Shown: piece by piece, positions 1 to 11,041 of the stretch
How the letters are laid out: every line of letters starts with the position of its first letter
Position numbering within the stretch: the stretch's first letter is position 1
Source: an uncultured bacterium
Lineage (GTDB): Bacteria > Fidelibacterota > Marinisomatia > Marinisomatales > UBA1611
Assembly: GCA_943788175.1 (NCBI GenBank)
Contig: CALSPG010000006.1
Coordinates: 256,316 to 320,315 of the forward strand
DNA length: 64,000 nt
Direction of reading: 5' to 3'
The notes under the pieces: generated by a model
The model's input: the letters and a program-made list of their open reading frames with translations, nothing else
Databases searched by the model: none
Told to the model about the DNA's origin: nothing
Program-made: the position numbers and the translations under genes

Positions 1-248
1 AGGTTGTATATAACTTCGAGAGTATCTAAGTGATAATCAGCAATCAGAACCTCAGATAATAAAATCTTAACGTCTTGTAAAATTTCAGGAAACCTATTTC
101 TACTTTCATCTAGGCTACTTTTTAAAGCACTTTTATTGTATGGCTTTATTTGATTTAGATTATTTTTGTTTTGAGAATTTAAAACCGAAATAAAAAATGT
201 AAAAATTGCAGTGAAAAGTATGGCGCTTCTTGTAAGTCTTTGTATCAT
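1..248 (-). CDS. Hypothetical secreted protein, N-terminal part only (gene runs off the window start)
   Basis: An ATG at 248 on the minus strand opens a frame that stays open to position 1. The product starts MIQRLTRSAILFTAIFTFFISVLNSQ..., which looks like a signal peptide. It is absent from the ORF track because there is no stop inside the window. Confidence 0.35.
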   Translation of the reverse strand, partial: MIQRLTRSAILFTAIFTFFISVLNSQNKNNLNQIKPYNKSALKSSLDESRNRFPEILQDVKILLSEVLIADYHLDTLEVIYN

Positions 249-308
249 ATTAATTTGTTTGTGAATTAGATTTAAAATCTATTATCTAATTTCAAGAGGG
301 CCAAGATA

Positions 309-773
309 TTATCTATTACTTTTATTGATGATTAAAGTGGTGCTAAATCCAGGTGTTAAAGGTACAATTCTAACAACTCCGCCATTTTTTGTTACATTGT
401 TATATCCGACTATCTCTTCTTTTTTATAATCGCCTCCTTTTACCAAAACATTTGGAATGATTTGCTCAATCAATTTCTTTGGTGTGATTTCATTAAAAAT
501 AATTACATCATCTACAAAACTTTTATCTAATAAATTATTTGATCGAACAGATTCATTTTCAATAGGTCTACTACGTCCTTTTAGCTTCTTAACTGAAACA
601 TCAGAGTTTAAACCAACAATTAATTTATCCCCAAATTCAGAGGCTCTCCTCAAAAGGTCTAGATGTCCAGAATGCAAAAGATCAAAGCAACCATTTGTGA
701 AAACTATACTTAATCCGTTATTTTTATACTTTGAAGTCAATTTAGAGATATCTTCTTTTTTTATAATAATCAT
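309..773 (-). CDS. rfaE: D-glycero-beta-D-manno-heptose-1-phosphate adenylyltransferase (RfaE domain II / cytidylyltransferase fold)
   Basis: 154 aa. Carries the nucleotidyltransferase motif FTNGCFDLLHSGHLDLL, plus LIVGLNSD and LVKGGDY blocks. Confidence 0.75.
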   Translation of the reverse strand: MIIIKKEDISKLTSKYKNNGLSIVFTNGCFDLLHSGHLDLLRRASEFGDKLIVGLNSDVSVKKLKGRSRPIENESVRSNNLLDKSFVDDVIIFNEITPKKLIEQIIPNVLVKGGDYKKEEIVGYNNVTKNGGVVRIVPLTPGFSTTLIINKSNR

Positions 774-1471
774 TCTTTTAACGCTTTAACCCTTTCGTAA
801 ACAATGTGAGACAACCTTTTTCGATCTTCATCATTAAAGGTATTAGTTAAAACTGGTTTGCCAATCTTTATCTCTAAAACTTTTCTTGTGAATTTTTTTG
901 AGCCCTTTTTTAAAGATTCATAGGTTCCATTAATTGCAACAGGGACAACTGGAATTCTTGTAGCTATTCCGATGCTTAACCCTCCAGGTTTAAATTGATT
1001 CATGTTTCCGTTATCAGTCCTAGAACCCTCAGGAAAAACCAAAATAGAACGTGGTTTTTTTGTTAAAGATCTTTTAATATTTTCAATTGATACCATCGCA
1101 TTTTTGTGATTTGTTCTATCAACAAATACATGTCCTGCCATTTGCATCGCCCAACCTAAAAAAGGAATCCATTTAAGTTCAATTTTCGCAATTGGAACAG
1201 TCCAAAAAGGTAGATATCCTAGCATTAGTGGAATATCTAGGCTCGAAGCATGGTTTGCAGCAAAAATATAATTTTTTGATATATCTAAATTCTCTAAACC
1301 TGTTATTTTTGTTTTGATTCTAGATGCAACAAATATTGATTTTGCCCAATACCTAACAATATGGCCAACCAATTTCCCATTTTTGAAATCAAAAAAAGAG
1401 AACACAATAACAACTATACCAAAGAATACAGTACAAATTATCGTAACTGTAAGAAGCCAGAGGAAATACAA
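770..1471 (-). CDS. plsC: 1-acyl-sn-glycerol-3-phosphate acyltransferase
   Basis: 233 aa. Has an N-terminal TM helix, the HX4D acyltransferase motif (NHASSLD) and an FPEGSRT block. Confidence 0.8.
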   Translation of the reverse strand: MYFLWLLTVTIICTVFFGIVVIVFSFFDFKNGKLVGHIVRYWAKSIFVASRIKTKITGLENLDISKNYIFAANHASSLDIPLMLGYLPFWTVPIAKIELKWIPFLGWAMQMAGHVFVDRTNHKNAMVSIENIKRSLTKKPRSILVFPEGSRTDNGNMNQFKPGGLSIGIATRIPVVPVAINGTYESLKKGSKKFTRKVLEIKIGKPVLTNTFNDEDRKRLSHIVYERVKALKE

Positions 1472-2740
1472 CTATCTTATTTCTTTCATTCCTATGAAAT
1501 CAGCAGCAGAGTCAGAAAAAATAATCCCACCATCTTCAGTTTGATATGTTTCTAATAGTGCGACCATAAGCCTAGGCGTGGCTAAACCTGATCCATTTAA
1601 AGTATGTAGAAGTCTAACTTTTTTATCTGAATTACTCCTGTATCGTATTTTTCCTCTCCTAGATTGAAAATCTTCAAAATTACTGCATGAGGATACTTCT
1701 AGCCACTGCTCCTCACCTGGTGACCAAATTTCGATATCATAACATTTCGCAGCCGAAAAGCCCAAGTCACCTGAACACAATTCAACAACCCTGTATGTAA
1801 TACCCAGTTTTTGAAGTATTGACTCTGCTTGTAATACTAATTGTTCAAGATCTTCATAAGATTCTTCTGGTTTCACAAATTTAACCATTTCAACTTTGTT
1901 AAACTGATGAAGCCTCAAGAGACCTCTTGAATCTTTTCCATAGGAACCAGATTCCCGTCTAAAACAAGGAGAGTATGCAACATAGTTTATCGGCAAATTA
2001 TTTTCAAGAATTATTTCATCTCTATGAATATTCGTAATTGGTACTTCTGCGGTTGGGGCTAGATAAAGCTGATCTAAATCAGAAAGATACATATCTTCTT
2101 TAAACTTTGGTAATTGCCCAGTTGTCCTCATAGATTCTTCAAGAATCAATACAGGTGGAAACATTTCTTTAAAATCATAATTATTTACATGATGATCAAT
2201 CATACTATTTATTAATCTACGTTCAAGTTGAGCACCCTTTCCCGTGTAAAGAGGAAATCCGCTTCCAGAAATTTTTGATCCTCTTTCAAAATCAAATAAT
2301 TTGAGATTTTTACCTAATTCTTGATGCGTTTTTTCTTTAAAATTAAAAACAGCTTTGTTACCCCACTCCCTAATAACAACGTTCTCTTTTTCATTTTTCC
2401 CTTGAGGAACGGATGAATGTGGAATGTTTGGGATTTCTTCAAGCTTTAAACTTAATTGAGACTTTAAGTCAACTAGTTCCAATTCAAGAGATTTTATTAT
2501 ATCGCCAAGCTTCTTCATCTCAGCAATTTTGTCATCAGCATTTTGACCTACTCTTTTTTGAATTGCGACTTTTTTAGAAACTAAGTTTTTCTCTGCTCTA
2601 TTATCTTCGAGAGTCTTAGTAAGATTTCTATATTGAGAATCAATATTACTAACGTCCGAAATTGAACCTTCATAACCTTTTTGGACTAATGCATCTTGAA
2701 CGAACTCAGGCCGTTCTCTTATATCTTTTATTGAAATCAA
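1472..2740 (-). CDS. serS: Serine--tRNA ligase
   Basis: 422 aa. Has the N-terminal coiled-coil arm and class II core motifs (RLHQFNKVEM, GSGLATPRLMVALLE). Confidence 0.95.
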   Translation of the reverse strand: MISIKDIRERPEFVQDALVQKGYEGSISDVSNIDSQYRNLTKTLEDNRAEKNLVSKKVAIQKRVGQNADDKIAEMKKLGDIIKSLELELVDLKSQLSLKLEEIPNIPHSSVPQGKNEKENVVIREWGNKAVFNFKEKTHQELGKNLKLFDFERGSKISGSGFPLYTGKGAQLERRLINSMIDHHVNNYDFKEMFPPVLILEESMRTTGQLPKFKEDMYLSDLDQLYLAPTAEVPITNIHRDEIILENNLPINYVAYSPCFRRESGSYGKDSRGLLRLHQFNKVEMVKFVKPEESYEDLEQLVLQAESILQKLGITYRVVELCSGDLGFSAAKCYDIEIWSPGEEQWLEVSSCSNFEDFQSRRGKIRYRSNSDKKVRLLHTLNGSGLATPRLMVALLETYQTEDGGIIFSDSAADFIGMKEIR

Positions 2741-2861
2741 AATATTTTATTGCTAAGAGTTAGAATTATCTTATATGTAAAAATTAAATAATTTAACATT
2801 GAGAAAAAATATATATAACAACACAGTTTATCGTAAAGACTAAGTGATTTTACCTAAAATA

Positions 2862-4256
2862 TTAGCGACCTTTGCCAGACAAAACTACAATGACAGTTCT
2901 TATTAAAATTTTTAAATCAAGGTTTAAACTTATATTTTCAATATAATAAAAATCATATCTTAATTTTTGTCTTACATCTTCTTCTTTCAGATCAGACGGA
3001 TGCTTTATTTGTGACCATCCAGTAATACCAGGCCTAACCCTAAACCTCCTATCATAGAGTGGAAATTTCTCTTTAAGTTTTTCTGTAAAATATGGCCTTT
3101 CTGGCCTTGGCCCGACTAAACTCATTTGCCCTAAAAAAACATTAACTAATTGAGGCAATTCATCCAATCTATATTTTCTTAAGACCTTACCAAATGAAGT
3201 AATGCGAGGGTCATTATCGGTAGTCCAAACAGGGCCACTGCTTTCCTCAGCGTCAATAATCATAGATCTAAATTTATAGATCATATAAGGCTTACCTTTA
3301 AACCCAAGTCTTTCTTGACTGTAAATTATTGGACCTCTAGAAGTGAAACTAATAATTAGTGCTAAAATGGTAAAAAGTGGAAATAAGATAATTAATGAAA
3401 AAACACTCAAAATAACATCAAATAGTCTCTTCATGCCAGAACTCGACCATTGACTTTCTTGAAAATTGACCTCAATTAACGGCAAGCCTGAGATTTGCTC
3501 TGTCCTGGCTAACCCGCTGATAACTTCATATAAATCAGGCACTATCTTAATTGAAACAGGTGCACCATTTATTGCCGAAATTAATTTCATGATATGATCA
3601 TGATCCATATTATCAAGTGCTATAACTATATCAGAAACTGGGTTTTTTGAAATAATTGATTTTAATTTAGTTTCATCTCCTAAATAATTATTCAAGGAGC
3701 TAACATTTTTATTTTTTTCATCTAAAGTTCTAATTAAACCTATTACGTTATAAAGTTTTTGCCCATGCTTAATTAATTTTCCTGTTACAAACTTTGAATT
3801 ATCTCCGGTACCGATAACGATCACATTACGTTGACCGAACCCTTTCTTAAGTAATAATTTTTGAATTGAACGAACAACCCAACGTATAACCACAGTTAAA
3901 AATGAATATAATATCCAATACCTAATTATAAATTGTGATTTTATCGGACCTAGATCTACATCGACTCCCAATAAAAACACTGCAGCAGCCATCATGAAAA
4001 AAGTTATTTTTATCAGGTTTTCAGTTTCTACGAATCGAGAGGTTTGAGCATCACCCTTATAAAGGTTCGCAGACCAAAATAATAAGCACATAGTAATCTG
4101 TAAAACCAAATAAATTTTAAATACTGGATAACTTATTTCAAATTGATATAATATCAGGTCAATTACAAAATAGCCAGCGAATGCGTCTAAGATAACTAGT
4201 ATCCAGGAAACAATCCATTTGGGCACACGCACTAATAATTGATTAAATATTTCCAT
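2862..4256 (-). CDS. Polyprenyl-phosphate glycosyl-1-phosphate transferase (WbaP/EpsB-type priming sugar transferase)
   Basis: 464 aa. Has N-terminal TM helices and a C-terminal bacterial sugar transferase domain (KRLFDVILS...YKFRSM...DELPQLVNVFLGQMSLVGPRPERP). Confidence 0.85.
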   Translation of the reverse strand: MEIFNQLLVRVPKWIVSWILVILDAFAGYFVIDLILYQFEISYPVFKIYLVLQITMCLLFWSANLYKGDAQTSRFVETENLIKITFFMMAAAVFLLGVDVDLGPIKSQFIIRYWILYSFLTVVIRWVVRSIQKLLLKKGFGQRNVIVIGTGDNSKFVTGKLIKHGQKLYNVIGLIRTLDEKNKNVSSLNNYLGDETKLKSIISKNPVSDIVIALDNMDHDHIMKLISAINGAPVSIKIVPDLYEVISGLARTEQISGLPLIEVNFQESQWSSSGMKRLFDVILSVFSLIILFPLFTILALIISFTSRGPIIYSQERLGFKGKPYMIYKFRSMIIDAEESSGPVWTTDNDPRITSFGKVLRKYRLDELPQLVNVFLGQMSLVGPRPERPYFTEKLKEKFPLYDRRFRVRPGITGWSQIKHPSDLKEEDVRQKLRYDFYYIENISLNLDLKILIRTVIVVLSGKGR

Positions 4257-4441
4257 ATTATTGATTGAATAATTAATTAACTAGAAATTAACCGTCAATA
4301 ACAACTTTGGAGTGACGCCTCCAAGCTCGTCATGATGAACAAAGTTCTTTTATTTATTTTTTGACAAACTGATAGCGTTTTTTTTCGATAGGAATCCTTA
4401 AATTGGAAAATCAAAATTAGCATTCAACAACAGTAAATGCA

Positions 4442-6052
4442 ATGATTATGAAACAACAATATTCAAAACTAATTTTTCTTTCTATTTTTATTTCAAACAT
4501 TTTTGTGTTTTCACAAATGCCAATAGAGCTAAATCATCCCTCTAGTATCATACTAAAGAGATTGTCAGCACAAGGAAAAATTTCCTTAAATTATTTTGGA
4601 AATAACTCAATAAGCTCAATTGATGCAGACAAGATACTTAAAAAAAACGAAAATAAAATTTATATTAAAAGCCTACTAAATTTTAGAATCCCATATAAAA
4701 AGACATCACTTGATTCCTTAAAACAGAAAAGTAGCATCCCAAATTTTTATAGTAAAATATTTAAATCTAACGTTGATATTGAAAATAAATATTTCTATCA
4801 ATCAATATCTGACACAACATTAATATGGATTAGGCTACGTGAAGTTTTATTGAGCCAGAGTCAAAAAAATCAGCGAAACTTTCAATACCTTGACGAAATT
4901 TCTTTCAATGGTATATTTAATAATCAATTATATATTAGATCGACATTTTCAATGTTTCGACATAATGGAGATCAAATCTCAATTTTAAATAATTATAGAA
5001 ACGAATGGAAAAAATATTTCCCGGAAATTGATATGACTTTTTGGTATTTAAATAATACTTCTCTTTATTTAAAGAACCCTTTAGTGAACGTAGAAATTGC
5101 AAATAATCCTTTCTCATGGGGATGGTCATCAGGAAATTCACCAATTTTATCTGCAAAAGCCACACCGTTTAATCACCTGAGACTTTATAAAAGCTTAGGG
5201 AAATTTAATTTTGAATATTTTCATGGTAGTCTTTTAAATAAAACAATAGATGAAATTCATAATGAAAACATAAAAAACGAGAAATTTCTTTCTGGTCATC
5301 GAGCTAAATATGAGATAAACAGTAATCTTCACGCTTCAATTTCTGAACTAGTCATTTATGGAAACAGGTCGCCTGAGCTAGGTTATATGAACCCTATATC
5401 TTTTTTTTGGGCCCAGGAGCATAATCTTGGCGATCTAGATAATAAGTTAATCGCGGCTGATCTAGGGTATCGAATTGTACCTGGGTGCGTGATATATAAG
5501 ACATTACTTTTTGATGAGCTTTCTTGGAAAGATATTTTTAAAGATTGGTGGGGTAATAAATTTTCATACCAATTTGGAATATTTTTATCATCAAAAAATA
5601 TAAGCCTTCCAGACCTGAGAATTGAATATACTGCGACTAGGCCCTGGACATATACGCACCCCGATTTCTCTTATTCACACAGACATCAATCACTGGGATC
5701 TTCCGATGGCCCGGCAAGTAAAGCGCTTCTGATAGAATCTTTTTATTTACCTTCGTCAAAAATAATTTTTTATAGTGCTTTTGAGCATGTTCAAAAAGGC
5801 ATCGGTAAGGGATCTGGACTCTTTGATAATTATGACGAAAGAAATAGAGACAATGATTGGAATACTGAATTTTTACTTAAGGACAAAACTCATTCATATA
5901 AATACAAGTTTGATCTTCAATATTTATTATCAATAAATATAAATTTTAGTACTACAATTATAATTAACAGTGATGAATACATAAGCAATAACTCTGAAAA
6001 ATTAAAGAAATCAGGAACAACATTTATCGTGGGATTAGATTTTAACTGGTAA
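4442..6052 (+). CDS. Secreted hypothetical protein, possibly a capsule-assembly Wzi-like outer-membrane protein
   Basis: 536 aa with a signal peptide (LIFLSIFISNIFVFSQ). It is rich in aromatic beta-strand-like segments and sits at the edge of the polysaccharide locus. The Wzi assignment rests on context and general resemblance only. Confidence 0.3.
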   Translation: MIMKQQYSKLIFLSIFISNIFVFSQMPIELNHPSSIILKRLSAQGKISLNYFGNNSISSIDADKILKKNENKIYIKSLLNFRIPYKKTSLDSLKQKSSIPNFYSKIFKSNVDIENKYFYQSISDTTLIWIRLREVLLSQSQKNQRNFQYLDEISFNGIFNNQLYIRSTFSMFRHNGDQISILNNYRNEWKKYFPEIDMTFWYLNNTSLYLKNPLVNVEIANNPFSWGWSSGNSPILSAKATPFNHLRLYKSLGKFNFEYFHGSLLNKTIDEIHNENIKNEKFLSGHRAKYEINSNLHASISELVIYGNRSPELGYMNPISFFWAQEHNLGDLDNKLIAADLGYRIVPGCVIYKTLLFDELSWKDIFKDWWGNKFSYQFGIFLSSKNISLPDLRIEYTATRPWTYTHPDFSYSHRHQSLGSSDGPASKALLIESFYLPSSKIIFYSAFEHVQKGIGKGSGLFDNYDERNRDNDWNTEFLLKDKTHSYKYKFDLQYLLSININFSTTIIINSDEYISNNSEKLKKSGTTFIVGLDFNW

Positions 6053-6062
6053 AAATAGAACC

Positions 6063-6839
6063 TTAAGCTTGTTTTAAAAACCCATACCAAGCCCAACAAA
6101 GCATATAAAAAACACTCGCGATAATATTAATTTTTTCAACTTGTCTATAAAGTTTCCATTGGAACTGAGCACTTTTGACCTTATCAAATGAAATCGAACC
6201 TGAACGGTGCCTGTATTTAGCTAAGATTTTTACATTACCAGAAGCGTTGAAACCTTTTTTTAAAATAGCTAACCATAAGCCATGATCATGCCTTGTTTTA
6301 ATATCAGGCATATAAACTTTCTTAAAATTCATAATCTTTAAATCTATCATAGCAGTCAAACAACCAATATGATTACTTTTTAATAGATCATTGTAGGTTG
6401 GATTTGTATTTGAAATCATTATATTTTTTAAATGTTTACCAGACTCATCAATTTTTTCATATGAACTAAAAGAAAGTGCGACCTTTTTATCATTCATAAA
6501 CTTAATCTGTTCTTCAAGCTTTATAGGAAACCAAACATCATCACTATCCAAAAATGCAATGTATCTTCCGCATGATTTTTCAATACCAATATTTCTGGTT
6601 AATGATGCACCTTTATTAATAGTATTTTTAATTAATTTTATTCTATTATCCCTACCCAAATATTTTTCAACTACTTCAATACTTTTATCCTTAGATCCAT
6701 CATCAATAATCAACAACTCCCAATTAGTGTAGCTTTGTTTGATAACAGATAAGATGGCTTCCTCTACAAAATTTTCCGAATTATACATTGGAGTTATAAT
6801 TGATACTAATTCAGACATTTTAAATGATTCCATCTGCAT
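6063..6839 (-). CDS. Family 2 glycosyltransferase
   Basis: 258 aa. Carries the GT2 signature SIITPMYNSENFVEEAILSVIKQSYTNWELLIIDDGSKD and a DxD motif (FLDSDD). Confidence 0.85.
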   Translation of the reverse strand: MQMESFKMSELVSIITPMYNSENFVEEAILSVIKQSYTNWELLIIDDGSKDKSIEVVEKYLGRDNRIKLIKNTINKGASLTRNIGIEKSCGRYIAFLDSDDVWFPIKLEEQIKFMNDKKVALSFSSYEKIDESGKHLKNIMISNTNPTYNDLLKSNHIGCLTAMIDLKIMNFKKVYMPDIKTRHDHGLWLAILKKGFNASGNVKILAKYRHRSGSISFDKVKSAQFQWKLYRQVEKINIIASVFYMLCWAWYGFLKQA

Positions 6840-7620
6840 TTTTATAACCTTTAAACAGTGCTAAAGAAAGTTTGTAACTTTTACTAATTAGAATGCATTT
6901 AACCAAAAAATAAATAAAAATTAAAAACCCCATAAGGCCTCCATACCTAAAACAAAACATGCCCTTAGCTTTCAAAATCGAACTATTGGAAAAGTGAGCC
7001 TTCTTACGATTAATAAATTCATGTTTAAGAAAAAATTCTGGAAGATGGATTATCAAACCACCCTCATCAAATATATCTAAATAGAAAACATTCTCCTCTG
7101 TTGAAGGAAATTTCGAACCCAAGCCAAGGCCTTCATTAAATCTAATATTGTTTTTTAATACAAACTCTTTTGAAACAACCAATTCAACTGAAGAGACTTT
7201 TAACGAACCAAGTCGTCCTAATATTTTTTTATTAGTATAATTCTTATAGGGAGTATCATCTAAGTAACTCATACGCACAGTCAATAAACTAGCATACTTA
7301 TTGATATTTATAGACTTTTTTAATTTTTGTATGCAATTACTGTTTAATACGACATCGTCATCGAGAAACCATATAAAATCACATTTAGATTTTTCAATCG
7401 CAATATTTCGACTGCGACTTAGTCCTAATTGGTCATCATAAATTATTGTATAATCTTTCAATATTGGCTGTGAAGATTTGTCTTTCATGCCCTGTACGAT
7501 AATTATTACTTCATCTGCATCTTCTAGGGGTTGAAAAGAAAATGAAGAACAAAAATGATCTAAATTTTTAGCAACAGTTGAAATAGATACCGTAATTGAA
7601 GGGTTACTAAAATTGTTCAT
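6820..7620 (-). CDS. GT-A type glycosyltransferase (GT2-like)
   Basis: 266 aa with FLDDDVVL (DxD) and a C-terminal TM helix. It overlaps the downstream GT2 gene by 20 nt. Confidence 0.6.
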   Translation of the reverse strand: MNNFSNPSITVSISTVAKNLDHFCSSFSFQPLEDADEVIIIVQGMKDKSSQPILKDYTIIYDDQLGLSRSRNIAIEKSKCDFIWFLDDDVVLNSNCIQKLKKSININKYASLLTVRMSYLDDTPYKNYTNKKILGRLGSLKVSSVELVVSKEFVLKNNIRFNEGLGLGSKFPSTEENVFYLDIFDEGGLIIHLPEFFLKHEFINRKKAHFSNSSILKAKGMFCFRYGGLMGFLIFIYFLVKCILISKSYKLSLALFKGYKNADGII

Positions 7621-7649
7621 GAATCGTTATTTGATAAAGGTTAGCATAA

Positions 7650-8408
7650 CTAATTTTTGACATAAATCGTAGTAACAAGAAAATCTATCCCAGGCCTATT
7701 TATTTTTAAAAGTTCTTGTCTTTTATTTTCCCTAAAAACAAAGGGGGCCTCGTGCAATACAACGCCAGAATTTATATAAGCTCTTGATTCAGGACCCTTA
7801 ATTTTATCCAAATTTGATTTAAATTTTCCTAATGGAATACTTTCTGTAATCACAACATACTTATATCTATTAATTCTATTTAATATGATTAAAATTTCAT
7901 TATTAGTTAAATGCTGTAAAACTTCCCTTAAAAGTATACAATCAGCATCTGGCAAATCATCCGTCACGATATCTTTACATAAAAAGTCAAGATTCTTTGC
8001 GTTAAATATTTTTTTATTTCTTTCTATTAATTCAGGTACCACATCAACACCTAAATAGCTTTTAGAGTTTGGATAAAGCTGGCGCCCGATATTAAAGTCA
8101 CCACAACCGAGATCAAGGAATTTTAAAAATTGAAAATCTTCTTTAAAGTATTTAAAAATCGTTTTTACGTAGTTATCAACAATTTGATTGTTATGAGATC
8201 CCGGACCAGAGAAAAAATTATTAGATTCATTTGAACCCCATAAATTATCCCTATAAATAGTAGAAAAGATTTCTCTATTGTTTAGTTTTTTAAATTTATC
8301 ATCACGCAATGGTATGTTTTTTTTCCGGTAGTTTAACTTTTTATAATACAATAATAACCAATTAGGTATAAGACTTAGTATTTTTGACTTTATATTAATT
8401 GAAATCAT
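7650..8408 (-). CDS. Class I SAM-dependent methyltransferase
   Basis: 252 aa. Has SAM-binding motif I (FLDLGCGDFNIG) and an acidic loop (LGVDV). Confidence 0.7.
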   Translation of the reverse strand: MISINIKSKILSLIPNWLLLYYKKLNYRKKNIPLRDDKFKKLNNREIFSTIYRDNLWGSNESNNFFSGPGSHNNQIVDNYVKTIFKYFKEDFQFLKFLDLGCGDFNIGRQLYPNSKSYLGVDVVPELIERNKKIFNAKNLDFLCKDIVTDDLPDADCILLREVLQHLTNNEILIILNRINRYKYVVITESIPLGKFKSNLDKIKGPESRAYINSGVVLHEAPFVFRENKRQELLKINRPGIDFLVTTIYVKN

Positions 8409-8413
8409 TTCAA

Positions 8414-9524
8414 TTATACTTCACTTAATAACTTTGAAAACTCTCCGAAACAATTTTCCACACTGAAATTTTGTGATCTTTTAAAAAGAGCGTCCTCTTC
8501 AAAAAAAATATCACCATTCAGTATAGCTAGCAGACCCTCGGATAGTTTTGCAGCATTATTTACAGGAACTAATATACCAAACTTACCGTCCTTTAAGATT
8601 TCTCTTGGACCACTTGGACAATCTGTTGAAACAATTTGTTTTTTTAAAGCTAATGCTTCTATTATAACTAATCCAAACCCTTCATTAATAGATGATAAAA
8701 CGTATGCAGAAGCATTTTTAATTAGCGGGAATGGGTTTTTTTTGTGACCAAAAAGAAAAATCTCACTGTTTAATTTTAAAGATTTTATTAAATCGATAAT
8801 ATTTTGTTTTTCTGGACCTTCTCCAACTATAACTAGCTTAATATCTTTCGATGACATCATGAGTCTTTAAAATCTTAAATGCTTTGATTAAGCTGGGGTA
8901 ATTTTTTTGCTTTGCCAACCTTCCCACTGCAATAATATAATTATAATTGATTTTTAGAAAATCATCACAATCGTCTCTTGAATTTAAAATAATATCTGGG
9001 TCAAAAGCAGGATTGTAAATAGTAACAACTTTCCTAGATGGAAAATTAAAATTAGCTATCAAATCATCTCTAACACCATTTGAAACCGCAATAATTTTTT
9101 TTGAGAAAGAATAAAATACTTTAATTAATATTTTATTCAAGAATAAAGAGTTCGATATAGTTTTTTTTGAATGAATTGATAAGTTGTTATGCTCCCAAAT
9201 CAAAAAAGTTGCCTTCGAATTAGAAATTTTATAAGCCAAACTTGAGATAAGACTCATATAATCTAGCGAAGATATAAAATAATCAGGCTTTTGAATTCTT
9301 AGATAATTTATAATATCAAAAAGACTATTTTTTGCATGATTTTTATTAAAGTCAAATATTTTAATATTTTTATTAAGCCCATCTAGAAGTAATCCCTCTT
9401 TTTTAGCAAGCAGCAAGTGAATGTCATATCCATTCTGGTTTTTTGCTATATAATTTAGCAATCTAAATAAAACTTTTTCGGCTCCTCCTCCTTTCATGTT
9501 TGGAATTATAAAAGCTAACTTCAA
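8414..9524 (-). pseudogene. GT4 (GT-B) glycosyltransferase split into two overlapping ORFs by a 1-nt frameshift
   Basis: ORF 8838..9524 is the N-terminal half (MKLAFIIPNMKGGGAEKV ... AVGRLAKQKNYPSLIKAFKILK). ORF 8414..8860 is the C-terminal half (KDIKLVIVGEGPE ... EGFGLVIIEALALKKQIV, the EX7E motif). The frames switch near 8850 (gtcatcGaaagat). Confidence 0.7.
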
Positions 9525-10951
9525 AATACAAACCTTTTTAAAAAGTTCTTGAGTGTAACCGAATTAAAAAACAAAGTTAGTAAGGAGTAAATAAGTATAA
9601 AAGTAAGTATCTGGTATCCTATGTGCAAATTCATAGACTCAATGATAAAAGTTATTATAATTGAAATACTTACAAATGATAGAGTTTTTAATATAATGGG
9701 TTTATTTATGTTTAATCTCATTAATGAGCGTCCTTTATAAACTGAAAGAACTAAGCAAATTAAATAAGCTAAAAGTGTTGAAAATGCGGCTCCCATCAAT
9801 TCATATCTCGGAATTAGAACTAGATTTAAACAAATGTTAAAGAGGCTGCCAAAGAATAAAATTTTCATTGATACTTTAGTTTTTTCTCTAAGAAAGAATA
9901 CATAATCAAAATGATATATTTTTAAACCCCAAAAGAAAAACATAAATGAAAAAGATGGGATTAATAAAGATGATGAATAATTAAAGCTATCACCGATAAA
10001 AATTGAGGTAATAAACTCATTAAAAAATGCAACGAATATTGAAAGAGGTAATATTATCACAATTAAAAGATTAAAATTTAAGGACATCAAATTCCCCAAC
10101 TCAATTTGATTTCCCTTTTCGTAGGTTCTATTAATCTCTGGATAGATAATTAGTCCTTGAACTATAACTAAAAATAATATTATTTGCTTAATGAAATCAT
10201 AATTAGCGCCATATATTCCGACCATTTTTGAATCAAAAAAATATCCAATTATAATTCTGTCAGAAGACGTCAAAATATAATCAAAGAAAAATAATCCAGT
10301 AAGTGGGAAGCCATAAGAAATAAATTTTTTTATAATATTTTTATCAAAAGAACCATCTCCAGTATTTCTCTGGATATAATAACTAGAATAGATTGAGCTA
10401 ATCGCAAAAGATGACATAAATCCAATTAAGAGGGCATATTGGCTATTAGGAAAAACGTTGTAGACAAAAAGACACACACCCAAAAAAAATAAAGGCCTAA
10501 TAATTATATTTAACCCAAAAAAAGTATCATCCCTATTTATATTTAATAAATTTTGATTTAAATCAAAAATTGACCTAAAAGTTGAGGCTAATATGCTTAG
10601 AAGAAAAATGTCACTTACTTTTAACAAGCCAGTTGAAGAAAAAATATTTAAAAATAAATAAATTACTATTAAGAAAATGCACAAAGCATAAAAAGAAAAA
10701 TAACTGGTTTTTATAAAGGTACTATACCTTTTTTTAAATTTATGATAATATCTGTAAACGGAAAGCCTATGCCACCAAAAAACAAAGGAACATATAAACA
10801 TAACATATGAACTAAATAAAATGAAGTCACCATATACTTCCGTACTGAAAATTCTTGTAAAAAGATATATACTCAATAATTGAAATAAAGCAGCAAATAT
10901 TTTTGAAAATAAATAGATAAAACTCTTACTTTTAATTACATTATTTGACAT
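9521..10951 (-). CDS. wzx: Polysaccharide flippase (Wzx / MOP superfamily)
   Basis: 476 aa, about 12-14 predicted TM helices, located inside the glycan locus. Confidence 0.7.
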   Translation of the reverse strand: MSNNVIKSKSFIYLFSKIFAALFQLLSIYLFTRIFSTEVYGDFILFSSYVMFICSFVFWWHRLSVYRYYHKFKKRYSTFIKTSYFSFYALCIFLIVIYLFLNIFSSTGLLKVSDIFLLSILASTFRSIFDLNQNLLNINRDDTFFGLNIIIRPLFFLGVCLFVYNVFPNSQYALLIGFMSSFAISSIYSSYYIQRNTGDGSFDKNIIKKFISYGFPLTGLFFFDYILTSSDRIIIGYFFDSKMVGIYGANYDFIKQIILFLVIVQGLIIYPEINRTYEKGNQIELGNLMSLNFNLLIVIILPLSIFVAFFNEFITSIFIGDSFNYSSSLLIPSFSFMFFFWGLKIYHFDYVFFLREKTKVSMKILFFGSLFNICLNLVLIPRYELMGAAFSTLLAYLICLVLSVYKGRSLMRLNINKPIILKTLSFVSISIIITFIIESMNLHIGYQILTFILIYSLLTLFFNSVTLKNFLKRFVF

Positions 10952-11041
10952 ACTAATATCCAGAAAATCCGCATGTGTTTTTGCAAATAAAATATATTAT
11001 CAAAAAAATTGAATTAACAATTTGATTTAAAAAGATAAGTA

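Noticed and set aside
4307-4324. The hairpin ttggag-tgacgc-ctccaa in the divergent promoter region of the polysaccharide locus
   Set aside because: It is a short 6-bp stem with no T-run and no second copy. There is insufficient evidence for a regulatory call.
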